Below, piece after piece: positions 49,357 through 60,061 of a DNA stretch of 64,000 bases; positions within the stretch are counted from its first letter, which is position 1; each line of letters opens with the position of its first letter. The DNA is from Longimicrobiales bacterium (lineage in GTDB: Bacteria > Gemmatimonadota > Gemmatimonadetes > Longimicrobiales > Gaopeijiaceae), in the NCBI GenBank assembly GCA_965202805.1, contig OZ241869.1:128001-192000 (forward strand), in the 5' to 3' direction. The position numbers and the translations under genes were made by a program. The notes below the pieces were generated by a model. The model made no database searches and was not told the origin of the DNA. It worked only from the letters and a program-made list of their open reading frames with translations.

Positions 49357-50145
49357 TCAGGCGAGCCCGATGTGGCGGAGCACTTCGGGCGGCGGCGGAT
49401 CCCAGCGGGTGAGGGGGGTGTTGCCGACGTACTGGATGTCGTCCATGCCTTCGGCCGTGGTCCAGAAGGCGGTGAGGGTCAGGTAGCGCACCCGGTCGAA
49501 GAAGAGGGACGGGGCTTCGAACGGCCCGCCTTCCGCCTGCTCCGGGTCGCAGATGTCGTCGCAGATGGTGTGCTGCTGCGCGGTCGTGAGGTCGCGGAAG
49601 CGGACGCCGGCCGCCGGGGCGCCGCCTCCGAAGCGCGCGTGTGCCTCGCGGTCGAGCCACACCAGGCCGCCCCGGATCAGCACGCCGCCCTCCTGCAGGG
49701 CCTCGTAGGGCGCGCTCACCCACTCGTCGATGAAGTCGTGGGCACCCACCTCGCTCGCGGAGGGAGAGCGGTCGTCGACGGGCAGGATGACGTCGCAGAG
49801 CACGGCCAGCGACGCGAGCTCGTCGGGGTCGAGTTGCCGCTCCCACGGTACCACGGGAGAGAGCAGGTCCGGATCCCAGAGGTCGCCGCGCGCGTGGGGG
49901 TTGGTGACCCGGCCGGGGGTGGCGCCGCCCGGCGTGGATGCTCCGGCGGCCGCGCCCGGCGCGCCGTTTTCGTCACCGGCTCCGGGACCGCAAGATGCAA
50001 GGCCGGGCGCGGCCGCGGCCAGCGCCATCACCTTGAGGGCGTGGCGGCGGTCCATGCTGCGCGCGTCCGGGGCCGGTTCACGCGCCTCAGCAATCGGCAA
50101 GACCCGTTCGCGCCGATCCTCGGCCTTCGTGCGCTCTTCGCTCAT
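49357..50145 (-). CDS. Gluconate 2-dehydrogenase subunit-3 family (Tat-exported partner of the GMC enzyme)
   Basis: DRRHALK Tat motif, DVILP, FIDEWVSAPY, FWTT..G..DIQYVGN. Confidence 0.85.
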   Translation of the reverse strand: MSEERTKAEDRRERVLPIAEAREPAPDARSMDRRHALKVMALAAAAPGLASCGPGAGDENGAPGAAAGASTPGGATPGRVTNPHARGDLWDPDLLSPVVPWERQLDPDELASLAVLCDVILPVDDRSPSASEVGAHDFIDEWVSAPYEALQEGGVLIRGGLVWLDREAHARFGGGAPAAGVRFRDLTTAQQHTICDDICDPEQAEGGPFEAPSLFFDRVRYLTLTAFWTTAEGMDDIQYVGNTPLTRWDPPPPEVLRHIGLA

Positions 50146-51926
50146 CACAGGCTCCGGGTGCGCAGCTGTTCCACGATGTAATCCGACGCGCGCCAGGCCA
50201 GGGCCAGAATGGAGAGCGTCGGGTTCTTGTCCGCGTTGGACACGAAGCAGCCCCCGTCGGTCACGAACAGGTTGTCCACCTCCCAGGACTGGCAGAACTG
50301 GTTGAGCACGGAAGTGTTCGGGTCTTCTCCCATCATCACGCCGCCCACTTCATGGATGATGACGCCGGGGGCGGCGATCGCCCGCGCGCCGTCGTCGTGG
50401 ACGTCGCTGGTCACCCGGCCGCCCATCTCCTGGATGATGTCGGCGAAGGTGTGCTGCATGTGCCGGGCCTGGTTCAGTTCGTGCGAAGACCACTTCCAGT
50501 TGAATCTGAGGGTGGGGATGCCCCAGCGGTCCACGCCCTCGGGATCGATCTCGCAGTAGGAGTCCTCGTTGGGAATCATCTCGCCGCGCCCGTCGAACCA
50601 GAGGAACGAGCCGTAGTAGCGGCGGCACTCCTCCTTCAGCCGCTGTCCGTAGCTGCCTCCGGTGAGCTCCGCCAGTCCGCCCATGAATCCGAAGCCGGGC
50701 ATGCCCCGCCCGCCGCCGAACTCGATGTGGTACCCGCGGGCGAAGTCGAGCTGGCCGCGCGCCTGCTCCCGATAGAGCCACCAGGGCATGTACACATGGA
50801 GCCCCGAGGCGCCGTCCGCGTTGTGCGGGGGCATGTTCTCAAGCGCCGGAATCTGCCCCCCAACGCCCGCACCCACGGTGTCCATGACGTACTTGCCGAC
50901 CCGGCCGCTCCCGTTGCCCAGCCCGTCGGGGTGGAGGGAGCTCTTCGAGTTGAGGAGGATGCGCGCCGACTCGCAGGCGCTGGCCGCGAGCACGACCACG
51001 CGGGCGCTCGCATGTTCGTCCAGGCGGGTGTTCCTGTCGATGTAGTGCACGCCGGTGGCCCGCCCGCGCGCGTCGATGGTGACCTCGCGCACCATCGCGT
51101 CGGTGATGATGTCCAGGTTGCCGGTGGCCAGGGCGGGCGGCAGCAGCACGGTCGGGGTCTGGAAGTTGGCCTTGATGGAGCAGCCGCGAACGCAGGGTGT
51201 GGCGTAGAAGCACGCCGCGCGTGCCGCCATGGACTCCTCGGTAACCCGTTGCGCCAACGGGTTGCCGGGCCACAGGGTTCGCGCGATGCGGGCGGCGTCG
51301 AGACGCTGCGTGAGGACCGCCTTGTGAGCGGGGATGACGGGAATGTCCAGGTCACGGCAGTGGTGCCGCGTCAGCATCTCCTCGGCCCGGGGTGCCGGGG
51401 GCGGCAGGAGCACGCCCGGGGAGGAATTCGGGGTGTTCTCGAGCCCTTCGTTCGAGCCGTAGACGCCGATCAGGGCCTCGGTCCTGTCGTACCAGGGCGC
51501 GAGATCCTCGTAGGAGAGAGGCCAGTCGAAGCCCAGCCCGTCACGGGAATACGGCTTGAAGTCGTACTCGCCCATGCGCAGCGAGATGCGGCCCCAGTGG
51601 TTGGTGCGTCCGCCCAGCATGCGCGCCCGCCACCAGCGGAAGTCGGTGCCCTCCGCGCTGGAGTAGGGCTCGCCCGGCACCTCCCAGCCCCCGTCGACGG
51701 TCGCGTCGTAGAAGCCGAACGGCTTGTGGCGGGTGCCGCCGCCGCGCAGGGGTGCGTCGCGCGGGAGGTGGAACATGGGGGTCTCGGTGACCGGGTCGTA
51801 GTGCCGGCCCGCCTCCAGCATCAGCACCCGGAGGCCCGAGCAGGCGAGCACGTAGGCGGTCATGCCGCCGCCCGCGCCCGAGCCGACCACGATGGCGTCG
51901 TAGCTGTCCTGGGTGCGCGGGCTCAC
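50145..51926 (-). CDS. GMC family flavoprotein oxidoreductase (glycoside 3-dehydrogenase-like)
   Basis: GSGAGG, LGGRTNHW, CFYATPCVRGC, HEVGG, KNPTLSI. Confidence 0.9.
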   Translation of the reverse strand: MSPRTQDSYDAIVVGSGAGGGMTAYVLACSGLRVLMLEAGRHYDPVTETPMFHLPRDAPLRGGGTRHKPFGFYDATVDGGWEVPGEPYSSAEGTDFRWWRARMLGGRTNHWGRISLRMGEYDFKPYSRDGLGFDWPLSYEDLAPWYDRTEALIGVYGSNEGLENTPNSSPGVLLPPPAPRAEEMLTRHHCRDLDIPVIPAHKAVLTQRLDAARIARTLWPGNPLAQRVTEESMAARAACFYATPCVRGCSIKANFQTPTVLLPPALATGNLDIITDAMVREVTIDARGRATGVHYIDRNTRLDEHASARVVVLAASACESARILLNSKSSLHPDGLGNGSGRVGKYVMDTVGAGVGGQIPALENMPPHNADGASGLHVYMPWWLYREQARGQLDFARGYHIEFGGGRGMPGFGFMGGLAELTGGSYGQRLKEECRRYYGSFLWFDGRGEMIPNEDSYCEIDPEGVDRWGIPTLRFNWKWSSHELNQARHMQHTFADIIQEMGGRVTSDVHDDGARAIAAPGVIIHEVGGVMMGEDPNTSVLNQFCQSWEVDNLFVTDGGCFVSNADKNPTLSILALAWRASDYIVEQLRTRSL

Positions 51927-52960
51927 GCCGATCGATCCTCCGCGCCGGCGGGCACGATGTCCCGGAGCGCCCGGTAGCTGGCGCGCACGCTCTCGATCGG
52001 GTCGCCGGGCTCGTCGTGCTCCACGTACTGGTGCAGGAGTCCCAGTTCGCCCGCGCGCGCCAGCACGGTCCGGAAGTCGATCACACCGGCGCCCACGTCG
52101 GCCATGTCGCCCGCGGCGGTACGATCCTTCACGTGGACGCTGGTCACCCGGCCCGCGCGCGCGTTCAGTTCGGCAATGGGGTCGACGCCGCCGTGCACGA
52201 CCCAGTAGATGTCCATCTGCCAGTCGAACAGCTCCGGGTCGGTGCGGTCGAGCAGAAGGTCGATGGGGCGCACGCCGTCCGCCCCCGGGCGCATCTCCCA
52301 GTCGTGGTTGTGATAGCCGAAGCGGAGGCCGGCGGCGCGGGCGGCCTCACCCGCCCGGTTGAAGTCGTCCGCGACCCGTCGCAGCGCCTCCCCGTCGCGC
52401 TCGGCGACCGGGAGGGCCGGCACCACCACCAGGCGCTGGCCGAGCGCGACGGCGGCCTCGAGGGTCGCCTCCCAGCTTCCCCGCACCTCCTCCACGGAAT
52501 GGTGGCTCGACGTGGCCGCCAGCCCGACCGCGTCCAGCCGGCTCTTCATCTCCCGCGCGGACATCCCGTACAGGCCCGCCAGCTCGACCTCCTCGTAGCC
52601 GATGTCCGCGATTGTGGCGAGCGTTCCCTCCGGATCGGTGGCCATCACCGAACGAACCGTATAGAGCTGCACCCCGATGGCGGAGGGCACCTGGGAGGCG
52701 GTCCCGCCGGCTGGCGCGCCCCTCGCCGCCGACGCCCGATTCCCGGACCCGCCGCCATCCCGACCGGGATGCCCTGCATTCCCGGCGGGCCATCCCTCCG
52801 CCCCCGGCCACGCGCGGCCCGGTCCTCCCAGCCCGCCAGCCGCCACGACCGCCCCGGGAAGCGTCCCCAGGAAGCTCCGCCGGTCGAGAGTGCTCCGTTG
52901 CGCCTGCCGGACGCCCGGCTGCCCCGCGCCTCCCACCGGCACGTCTTCCGCCCTCCTCAT
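51923..52960 (-). CDS. Tat-exported sugar phosphate isomerase/epimerase (TIM barrel)
   Basis: DRRSFL, GVQLYTVR, YHNHDWE, MDIYW, HVKD, VEHD. Confidence 0.88.
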   Translation of the reverse strand: MRRAEDVPVGGAGQPGVRQAQRSTLDRRSFLGTLPGAVVAAGGLGGPGRAWPGAEGWPAGNAGHPGRDGGGSGNRASAARGAPAGGTASQVPSAIGVQLYTVRSVMATDPEGTLATIADIGYEEVELAGLYGMSAREMKSRLDAVGLAATSSHHSVEEVRGSWEATLEAAVALGQRLVVVPALPVAERDGEALRRVADDFNRAGEAARAAGLRFGYHNHDWEMRPGADGVRPIDLLLDRTDPELFDWQMDIYWVVHGGVDPIAELNARAGRVTSVHVKDRTAAGDMADVGAGVIDFRTVLARAGELGLLHQYVEHDEPGDPIESVRASYRALRDIVPAGAEDRSA

Positions 52961-53688
52961 CGAATCTCCCGAAGCTTGATGTTGCGGAACCACACGCGGT
53001 TCCCGTGATCCTGCAGGCCGATGTGCCCCCGTGCCGCCTGACCGTACTCCGGCCACTCGACGAACTTGCTGGCCGCCACCTTCGCCCTCCAGTCGTCGCT
53101 GTCCAACTCGTACTCCACCACCTTCTCACCGTTGAGCCAGTGCTCGACCCCGCTTCCCCGCACGAGAATCCGGACCTCGTTCCACTCCTCTGCGGGACGC
53201 ACGATCCCCCTCGGCACCCCGTGCAGCGCGTAGTTGGCGCCCGCGCTGGTGAGCGGGCTGCGTCCGTCGGCGTGCCCCGCGTCGTCCAGCACCTGCAGCT
53301 CCGGCGCGCTGTGGAAGATCTCCTCGGCCCCCGGCGCGGCGCGGTAGAAGATGCCCGAGTTTCCCCCGGGTTCGACCTTCCATTCCACCGTCAGCTCGAA
53401 GTCCTCGAAGATGTCGTCGGTGATGATGGAGCGTCCTCCGCGCACGTGGGCGAGCGCCCCGTCCTCCACGACCCAGCCTCCCGTCATGGCCTCGCCGTCG
53501 TAACGCCGCCAGCCATCGAGCGAGCGCCCGTCGAAGAGCAGCCGCCACCCCGCCTCCAGTTCGACGGCGGTGAGCGTGTTGTGCTCCTGGGCGGCGGAGG
53601 GAGCCACAAGTCCGGCCGCCGCGAAGAAAGTACCGTAAAGCCCCACGGCGAAAACTCCGCGGCAGGTGGCCATCCGTAGACCCGTCAT
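52957..53688 (-). CDS. DUF1080 (3-keto-disaccharide hydrolase family) protein
   Basis: [40 protein letters not shown]. Confidence 0.9.
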   Translation of the reverse strand: MTGLRMATCRGVFAVGLYGTFFAAAGLVAPSAAQEHNTLTAVELEAGWRLLFDGRSLDGWRRYDGEAMTGGWVVEDGALAHVRGGRSIITDDIFEDFELTVEWKVEPGGNSGIFYRAAPGAEEIFHSAPELQVLDDAGHADGRSPLTSAGANYALHGVPRGIVRPAEEWNEVRILVRGSGVEHWLNGEKVVEYELDSDDWRAKVAASKFVEWPEYGQAARGHIGLQDHGNRVWFRNIKLREIR

Positions 53689-55172
53689 ATGCTCCATCCC
53701 TCCCGGTACTCGCGCACGAGGTACTGGTTGGCCTTCTCGTGGTTGGTGACGCGCATGTTGGCCGCGTCGTACTCGATGCGCTCCCCCTGGCCCGCGCGCA
53801 GCGCGACCAGCCCCAGCAGCATGGTCTCGGTGAGCGGCGCCGCATACGAGAACGGGGAGGTCGCCTCGCCGATTCCCTTGCAGGCGTCCGCCCAGTTCAT
53901 CTCGTGGGTGCCCTCTATGCGCGGGTAGATCGGCGGCACCGCGTCCGCCTCCTCCTGCAACTCCTCCGGATACACCTTCGGGTTGCGGCCGTAGGTCTCG
54001 TGCAGCAGCAGCCCGCGCTCGCCCACGAAGAGCACGCCGCCGCCGCGATCCAGCGGCACCTCGTCCGGGAGCCATTGATGGCGTCTGGGCATCAGCCCGC
54101 CGTCGTACCAGTGCATGTCGACGGGGGGCAGGAGGCCGCGACGCCCGAACTCGAAGTGCACCTTGGTGGCGACCGGATACGACACCGGGTCCTCCACGGG
54201 ACCGCCCCAGGGGGTGGAGGTCGCCTCGATCGCGTGGGGCAGCCCGAGGTCCAGCGCCCAGAACGGATGGTCGATCAGGTGCGCCCCCATGTCGCCCAGC
54301 GCCCCCACCCCGAAGTCGACCCAGCCGCGCCAGTGAAAGGGGTGGTACATCGGGTGGTACGGTACCTCGCGCGCGATCGGCCCCAGATACAGGTCCCAGT
54401 GAAGGTTCGCGGGTGCGCTGAAGTCGGCCCACAGCCCCGCCGCGACCGCTTCCTGCGCCGATCCGGGCCACCACGAGCGGTCGGGGTCGGCAATGCTGGC
54501 GTCGTCGGGCAGCGCCGCCGGGCGCGGCAGCCCCTGCATCCAGATCGGGCGGTTGGTCCACACTTGGACCTCGCGCACCACCCCGATCACCCCGGCCTGC
54601 ACCCACTCGTTGACCAGGCGCGCCTCGTCGTTGGAGTGGCCCTGGTTGCCCATCTGGGTGACCACGCCGGTCGACTCCGCAAGCCGGCCGAGTGCGCGGG
54701 CCTCGTGCACCGACCAGGTCAGGGGCTTCTGCACGTACACATGCTTGCCCGCCCGCATGGCGGCCCCGGCGATGACCGCGTGTGTGTGGTCGGGGGTCGC
54801 GACCAGCACCGCATCGACTTCGTCCTCCCGCTCCAGCATGACGCGGAAGTCGGTGTACTTGCGCGCCGCGGCGTACTGCTCCTTCCAGCGGACTCCGGGT
54901 TCGCGCGGGTTCCCGTCGCGGTCCACCGAGCGTTCCTCGACCTTGTTCTCCACCAGCCGATGATCGACGTCGCACACCGCGACGATGCGCTCGCTGCCGA
55001 GCTCCTGGGCGTTCTCGGCGCCCATTCCGCCCGCGCCCACGATCGCGATCGCCAGGGTGTCGCTGGGCGCCTGGTATCCGGGTCCTCCCAGGACGTGGCG
55101 CGGAACCACCGTGGCGCCCATCGCCAGAGCGGCGCCTCCCGATACGAACTCTCTGCGCGTGATGTCGGTCAT
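53685..55172 (-). CDS. Tat-exported Gfo/Idh/MocA oxidoreductase
   Basis: TRREFV, GAGGMG, TPDHTH, VQKP, QMGNQG, GDMGAH. Confidence 0.9.
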   Translation of the reverse strand: MTDITRREFVSGGAALAMGATVVPRHVLGGPGYQAPSDTLAIAIVGAGGMGAENAQELGSERIVAVCDVDHRLVENKVEERSVDRDGNPREPGVRWKEQYAAARKYTDFRVMLEREDEVDAVLVATPDHTHAVIAGAAMRAGKHVYVQKPLTWSVHEARALGRLAESTGVVTQMGNQGHSNDEARLVNEWVQAGVIGVVREVQVWTNRPIWMQGLPRPAALPDDASIADPDRSWWPGSAQEAVAAGLWADFSAPANLHWDLYLGPIAREVPYHPMYHPFHWRGWVDFGVGALGDMGAHLIDHPFWALDLGLPHAIEATSTPWGGPVEDPVSYPVATKVHFEFGRRGLLPPVDMHWYDGGLMPRRHQWLPDEVPLDRGGGVLFVGERGLLLHETYGRNPKVYPEELQEEADAVPPIYPRIEGTHEMNWADACKGIGEATSPFSYAAPLTETMLLGLVALRAGQGERIEYDAANMRVTNHEKANQYLVREYREGWSI

Positions 55173-55422
55173 CGGGCCGTCTGCCCTCCCTGTGGTCTCG
55201 AAGTGCTCGATTATCGGAATCGAAAGCCATCGCTCGGGCAACATCGCGGAGCGACCCTCGATTCGCCACTTCCGACGTCGCGCCGGCGCCCCTTCGCTCG
55301 TCCTCTGCATCACTCGCCCGCGCATCTCCTCCCAATGCCGGAGGCGGGGTCCCGGGCGACCCCGCTTGCCAATCCGGCGCGCCATCCCAAGGATTCGCGG
55401 CAACAACCACGGGAGCCGACGC

Positions 55423-55587
55423 ATGAGCAGCCAGCCATCCGCAAAGGACTACCAGCGCATTGCCCGCGAGATCGCCAGCGACGCCAGCCCGGTCGGGATC
55501 GATGCGAAGAAGACGCACGTGATGATCCTCTACAAGCTGGAGGAGATCGAGCGGCGACTCGCGGCGCTGGAAGCGCGCGCCGGGTGA
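55423..55587 (+). CDS. Small hypothetical protein (54 aa)
   Basis: [36 protein letters not shown] overlap with the next gene. Confidence 0.65.
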   Translation: MSSQPSAKDYQRIAREIASDASPVGIDAKKTHVMILYKLEEIERRLAALEARAG

Positions 55588-56075
55588 AGCCTCCGCGCAA
55601 GGCCTTCACCCTCGACGAGGCCAACGCCCTGTTGCCCGCGCTCGAGACCGTCCTCGACGATATCGCCGGCTCGCGCGAGGAGCTTGAGGGCCACGTCGAG
55701 CAGCTCAAGATCCTCGAGGTGCTCTGGGGGCGCCTGGTGATGGCCCCCACCAACCCGGATCACGCCGAGTTCCTCAAGCATCGCGAAGGCGCGGGGCGTG
55801 CCGGGGCGCGCATTCGGCGCTGCATCGAAGAGGAGATCCTGGGGAGAGGCATCCGGTTCCCGGCGGGAGGACTGGAACATGGCCTTCTCGACTTTCCGAC
55901 CACGTTCGAGGGGCGATGGGTGTACCTGTGCTGGCGCCGCGGGGAGCCGCGCATCTCGCAGTGGCACGAGGTGAACGCCGGATTCGCCGGACGCCGTCCG
56001 ATCCGCGCCCACGAAGCCGCGCGCATGGGCATCGACGGTCCCGGCGACGTCGATGACTCGGTGCTGGATTTCTGA
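55584..56075 (+). CDS. DUF2203 family protein
   Basis: FTLDEANALLP, GLLDFP, VYLCWRRGE, WH...GFAGRRP. Confidence 0.85.
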   Translation: MKPPRKAFTLDEANALLPALETVLDDIAGSREELEGHVEQLKILEVLWGRLVMAPTNPDHAEFLKHREGAGRAGARIRRCIEEEILGRGIRFPAGGLEHGLLDFPTTFEGRWVYLCWRRGEPRISQWHEVNAGFAGRRPIRAHEAARMGIDGPGDVDDSVLDF

Positions 56076-56101
56076 GGCCCCCAAGGACGCCAGGACTTCC
56101 C

Positions 56102-57490
56102 ATGGATCTCGTTCCCCGCCGGGCCAACCTGGCCAGCATGGTGCGCCTGGCGCTCCCCATCGTGGGGGTGCAGGTGGGGATGATGCTGATGGGCGTCGTG
56201 GACACGATAATGGTCGGCCGGCTGTCGGCGACCGACCTCGCCGCCGTGGCGCTCGGCAACGTCTACTTCTACACCATCGCGGTCTTCGGCAACGGCATGC
56301 TGATGGCGCTCGACCCCATCGTGGCGCAGGCGGTGGGCGCGAACGACGCGGAATCGGTCGCGCGCGGCATCCAGCGCGGCTTCGTGCTCACGTTCTTCCT
56401 GGCCCTGATCGCGTCGCTGCTCTTCCTGCCCTCCGGCACGGTGTTCGTATGGCTGCGGCAGCCGGAGGACGTGGTGCCGGTCGGGGCTGGCTACATCTTC
56501 GGCTCAATCCCCGGGATGCTTCCCTTCTACGCCTTCGTGGTGCTGCGCCAGAGCCTGCAGGCCATGGGCCGGGTGTCGTCCATCGTGTGGACCATCGTCG
56601 CCGCCAACCTCCTGAACGTGTTCCTCAACTGGGTGCTCATCTTCGGCAACCTGGGCTTCCCGCAGATGGGCGCGGTGGGATCGGCCTGGGGATCCAGCGT
56701 GGCGCGCTGGTTCATGGCCGCGCTCCTGCTCGCGCTCTCCTGGCGCGTCGTCAGGCCGTACCTGGCGCGCATCCGGCGCGAGGCCTTCGACGTGTTCGCC
56801 CTCGGGCGCATGATTCGTCTGGGGACTCCGCTCGGATTCCAGCAGCAGCTCGAGTTCGGGGCCTTCTCGCTGATCGGCGTGATGATGGGCTGGCTGGGCA
56901 CCGTGACCATGGCCGGTCACCAGGTGGCGCTCAATCTGGCGGCGCTCGCCTTCATGGTCCCGCTGGGGATCGCGGGCGCGGCGGCGGTGCTGGTGGGACG
57001 GGCGGTCGGCCGGGAGGACATGGTGGAGGCGCGGCGGGCCGCCGGGGCGGGGACCCTGCTGGGCGGGGGGTTCATGGTCCTGACCGCGTGCCTGTTCCTG
57101 GGCGCGCCCGGGTTGCTGGCCCGGGTCTACACCGCGGACGCGGGGGTCATCGCGGTCGCGGTCGCCCTCCTCCCCATCGCGGGGATCTTCCAGGTCGCGG
57201 ACGGCCTGCAGGCGGTGGCGGCGGGGGTGCTGCGCGGCGCGGGCGACACCCGCTCGCCCTTCATCTTCAACGCGCTCGGCTTCTGGGTGTTCGGGATCCC
57301 GGTCAGCGCCGCGCTCGCCTTCGGTGCGGACATGGGCGCGCGCGGCCTGTGGTGGGGCCTGGCCGCGGGGCTGGGTGCGGTCGCGATCCTGCTCTTCATC
57401 CGCGTCCGCCGCCTGCTGGCGCGCGGGGTCGGGCGGGTGCTGATCGACGATCCGGGGGTTCCGGCCGCGCCCCGCAAGCGCGTGGCATGA
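56102..57490 (+). CDS. MATE family efflux transporter (NorM-like)
   Basis: VDTIMVG, LNWVLIFG, EFGAF, FQVADGLQ, LRGAGDT. Confidence 0.92.
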   Translation: MDLVPRRANLASMVRLALPIVGVQVGMMLMGVVDTIMVGRLSATDLAAVALGNVYFYTIAVFGNGMLMALDPIVAQAVGANDAESVARGIQRGFVLTFFLALIASLLFLPSGTVFVWLRQPEDVVPVGAGYIFGSIPGMLPFYAFVVLRQSLQAMGRVSSIVWTIVAANLLNVFLNWVLIFGNLGFPQMGAVGSAWGSSVARWFMAALLLALSWRVVRPYLARIRREAFDVFALGRMIRLGTPLGFQQQLEFGAFSLIGVMMGWLGTVTMAGHQVALNLAALAFMVPLGIAGAAAVLVGRAVGREDMVEARRAAGAGTLLGGGFMVLTACLFLGAPGLLARVYTADAGVIAVAVALLPIAGIFQVADGLQAVAAGVLRGAGDTRSPFIFNALGFWVFGIPVSAALAFGADMGARGLWWGLAAGLGAVAILLFIRVRRLLARGVGRVLIDDPGVPAAPRKRVA

Positions 57491-58092
57491 ACCGCCTGCC
57501 TCTCTTCCCGCTCGACGTCGTCCTCTTCCCCGGGGAACTGCTCCCGCTCCACATCTTCGAGCCCCGCTACCGCCGCATGGTGGCGCGCTGCCTCGAGACC
57601 GACCGGCGCTTCGGGCTCATCTACCACGACTCCGACCGCTCCGGCCCGTTTCTCATCGAGGAGGGGCGGGTGGGCGCGCTGGCCGGGATCGAACGGCATC
57701 ACGGGCTCGAGGACGGCCGCTCCTTCATCCTGGTGAAGGGCATGGGCCGCTTCGCAATTCACGACGGGCTCGAGTCCGGCGAGCCGTACTACGATGCCGT
57801 GGTCACGGAGTACGGGGACCAGCCGGGCCCGCGGCCCGGGCTGACGGCGCGGCGCCAGGCTTCCATCGATCTCTTTCGCGCCGCGGTCTCCGCCCTCCGG
57901 CGCCCATCCCCCGCGTCGCCGGATTTCGATGCGAACGACGAAGTGTCGTTTCGACTGGCCGCGTTCGTGCAGGTGGATCCCGAGTGGCGGCAGGATCTTC
58001 TGGAGATGCGCGACGAGGAAGCCCGCCTGACGCGGCTCGACGAGGTCTTCGAGCAGGTGATCGCGCAGTGGGCGTCGGAGGCGGAGGAGTGA
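57487..58092 (+). CDS. Lon protease N-terminal substrate-binding domain protein
   Basis: LPLFPL..VLFPG..LPLHIFEPRY; ATGA overlap with the MATE gene. Confidence 0.88.
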   Translation: MNRLPLFPLDVVLFPGELLPLHIFEPRYRRMVARCLETDRRFGLIYHDSDRSGPFLIEEGRVGALAGIERHHGLEDGRSFILVKGMGRFAIHDGLESGEPYYDAVVTEYGDQPGPRPGLTARRQASIDLFRAAVSALRRPSPASPDFDANDEVSFRLAAFVQVDPEWRQDLLEMRDEEARLTRLDEVFEQVIAQWASEAEE

Positions 58093-58210
58093 TGGCGAGC
58101 GGGGTCGTCTTGCGTTTTCGCGTTCGTTCGCTCCTCCGTCTTGCGCCCGCGTCTTTGTTCGCCTTGGCGTCTTACGATATCGGGATCGATCGCATCTGCG
58201 TCTTGCGCCG

Positions 58211-58900
58211 ATGACCGAACCCCGACTCTCCACGCGCCACATCCGGGTCGCGCGCACGGCCCGCTATTACACGATGGGCGGCGGGAGCGTCGGCGTCGAC
58301 GAAGCCTGGTTCGTCCTGCACGGCTACCGGCAGGCGGCCCGCCGCTTCGCACGGCGCTTCGAGGTCCTGGATGCCCCCGAGCGGATCGTCGTGGTCCCCG
58401 AGGCTCTCTCGCGCTTCTACGTGGACCCGAGCCCGGGCAGGCACGGCCCCGAGCACCGCGTCGGGGCCAGCTGGATGACGCGAGAGGACCGGGACAGCGA
58501 GATCGCGGACTACGTGGCGTACCTGGACACCCTCACGGCCGAGGTGGCCGCCACGGCCGCGCCGTCCGTCCGCCGCCGCGTCGTGCTGGGATTCTCCCAG
58601 GGGGCGCACACGGCGTCCCGGTGGGTCGTGCTGGGGCGGGTGGCCGCGCGGGAGTTGGTGTTGTGGGGCGCTGGCTTCGCCACGGACCTGATCCCGGATG
58701 CCCTGGCCGCCGGGCTCGACGGTGTGCGCGTCACCTTCGTGCGAGGCGAGCGCGACAAGTTCCGCGACAGGAGGGAGGAGGAAGCTCAGGAGGCGTTGTT
58801 GAAGGAACTCGGCATTCCGTTCGACATCCTCCTCTTCCCAGGCGAGCACGAGATCGCGCCGGAGCCGCTGCTGGACCTGGCGTCCGGGAGGCCGGATTGA
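58211..58900 (+). CDS. Alpha/beta hydrolase (phospholipase/carboxylesterase)
   Basis: LHGY, GASWMTRE, GFSQG, GERD, GEH. Confidence 0.85.
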   Translation: MTEPRLSTRHIRVARTARYYTMGGGSVGVDEAWFVLHGYRQAARRFARRFEVLDAPERIVVVPEALSRFYVDPSPGRHGPEHRVGASWMTREDRDSEIADYVAYLDTLTAEVAATAAPSVRRRVVLGFSQGAHTASRWVVLGRVAARELVLWGAGFATDLIPDALAAGLDGVRVTFVRGERDKFRDRREEEAQEALLKELGIPFDILLFPGEHEIAPEPLLDLASGRPD

Positions 58901-58943
58901 GGTGCTCGTCCCGGTTCGCTCGTCGCAGTGCCAGCGCGGTCGT

Positions 58944-59243
58944 TCAGCGGATGAGCTCCCTCACCGGGCGTGGTGGAGCGGGCTCCATTCCCAGCCGAGC
59001 GTGCCAGTAGGCCCACGAGCGTGCGTCGAAGATCCCGGGCAGCGCGTCTCGCAACGCGCGGCGATAGTCGTCGTCGTCGTACCGCCGCTTCGCCACCGTG
59101 AGATCCTCGGGGGTACCGTAGACCATGAGGAAGTTGAGGAAGAACACGTCGTCGGCAAGCGTCGCCGCGGGTGGTTTGAACCACACGATGCGCCTGGCGA
59201 CCGCCGACAGGTCCGGACTGCGCGTGGAGGCCGGGGCCGTCAT
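58944..59243 (-). CDS. Small hypothetical partner of the AbiEii-type nucleotidyltransferase
   Basis: ATGA overlap with the upstream NTase; VWF..P, YGT..D, PGIFDARSWAYWH. Confidence 0.7.
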   Translation of the reverse strand: MTAPASTRSPDLSAVARRIVWFKPPAATLADDVFFLNFLMVYGTPEDLTVAKRRYDDDDYRRALRDALPGIFDARSWAYWHARLGMEPAPPRPVRELIR

Positions 59244-59926
59244 GGTACACGAGGTCCCCGCCGCGGACTGGACGCCCCCAGTCCCGGGCGCGATTCGTAA
59301 CGCGGGACCGATGTGGGATCCACCCTGGCCGCAGCCTGAGAGAGACGCTTCCGAACCTCTGCGGGGAGCTCCGCCAGGTCCCCGTCATCGAAATATGTCA
59401 GGGCCTTGAGCGTCAGCATGGCATTGTATCGATCTCCGTGGATCGCCGCAGCCGCACTCAGCATCGACGCCAGGGGAACGTCCCCCAGCCGCATCAATGC
59501 GTCAACATCCATGTAATCCTTGGCCAGTGCGCGGCTTTGCACCACCTGGGCCTTGGTGCCGCCCAGATCGCGCAGGGAAGCGACCAGAATCCCGGCGCCC
59601 TCGGCTGTCTGCGGCGAATCGACATGGTTGAGCGATAGTCCGCCGAAGAAGGACACTCGCACGGGTCCGCCACGATCGACGACGCAGGTCAGCGTGTCAC
59701 GAGCCCGCTGAACCACCATCGCCTCGCTCAGGTACGGAATTCCGGTCAACAGGTCGTCGCCGACGAGAGGCTCGGCGGAGAAGAAGTCAAAATCTTCGGA
59801 TTCACGGTGGGCAAGCCGCAGCGCGATCGCCGTCCCGCCATACAGCACGAAACGACGAGGAGTCGCCCGCAACTCGGTCCACAGGCGGCGCTGGGGCGGC
59901 GGCAGGGCGTCGAGACGCGGATGCAT
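59240..59926 (-). CDS. AbiEii/AbiGii-family nucleotidyltransferase toxin
   Basis: LYGGTAIAL...HRESEDFDF, K...R..KDYMD, LKALTYFDD. Confidence 0.88.
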   Translation of the reverse strand: MHPRLDALPPPQRRLWTELRATPRRFVLYGGTAIALRLAHRESEDFDFFSAEPLVGDDLLTGIPYLSEAMVVQRARDTLTCVVDRGGPVRVSFFGGLSLNHVDSPQTAEGAGILVASLRDLGGTKAQVVQSRALAKDYMDVDALMRLGDVPLASMLSAAAAIHGDRYNAMLTLKALTYFDDGDLAELPAEVRKRLSQAAARVDPTSVPRYESRPGLGASSPRRGPRVP

Positions 59927-60061
59927 GGCAATTCCCGAGTCGGTGTGCGGATGGACCCGTTAATCTATGCGGGCCAGGCCGCCGGTGCGCGGGGAAGGCG
60001 ACGGACCATGCCGTTTGCGGCCCGTCGGCTACCTGGTCACTGTTCGAGCGACGGTTGCCTC

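Noticed and set aside
58100..58210. Five CGTCTT short repeats between the Lon-N and esterase genes
   Set aside because: Irregular spacing and very short unit; cannot support a function
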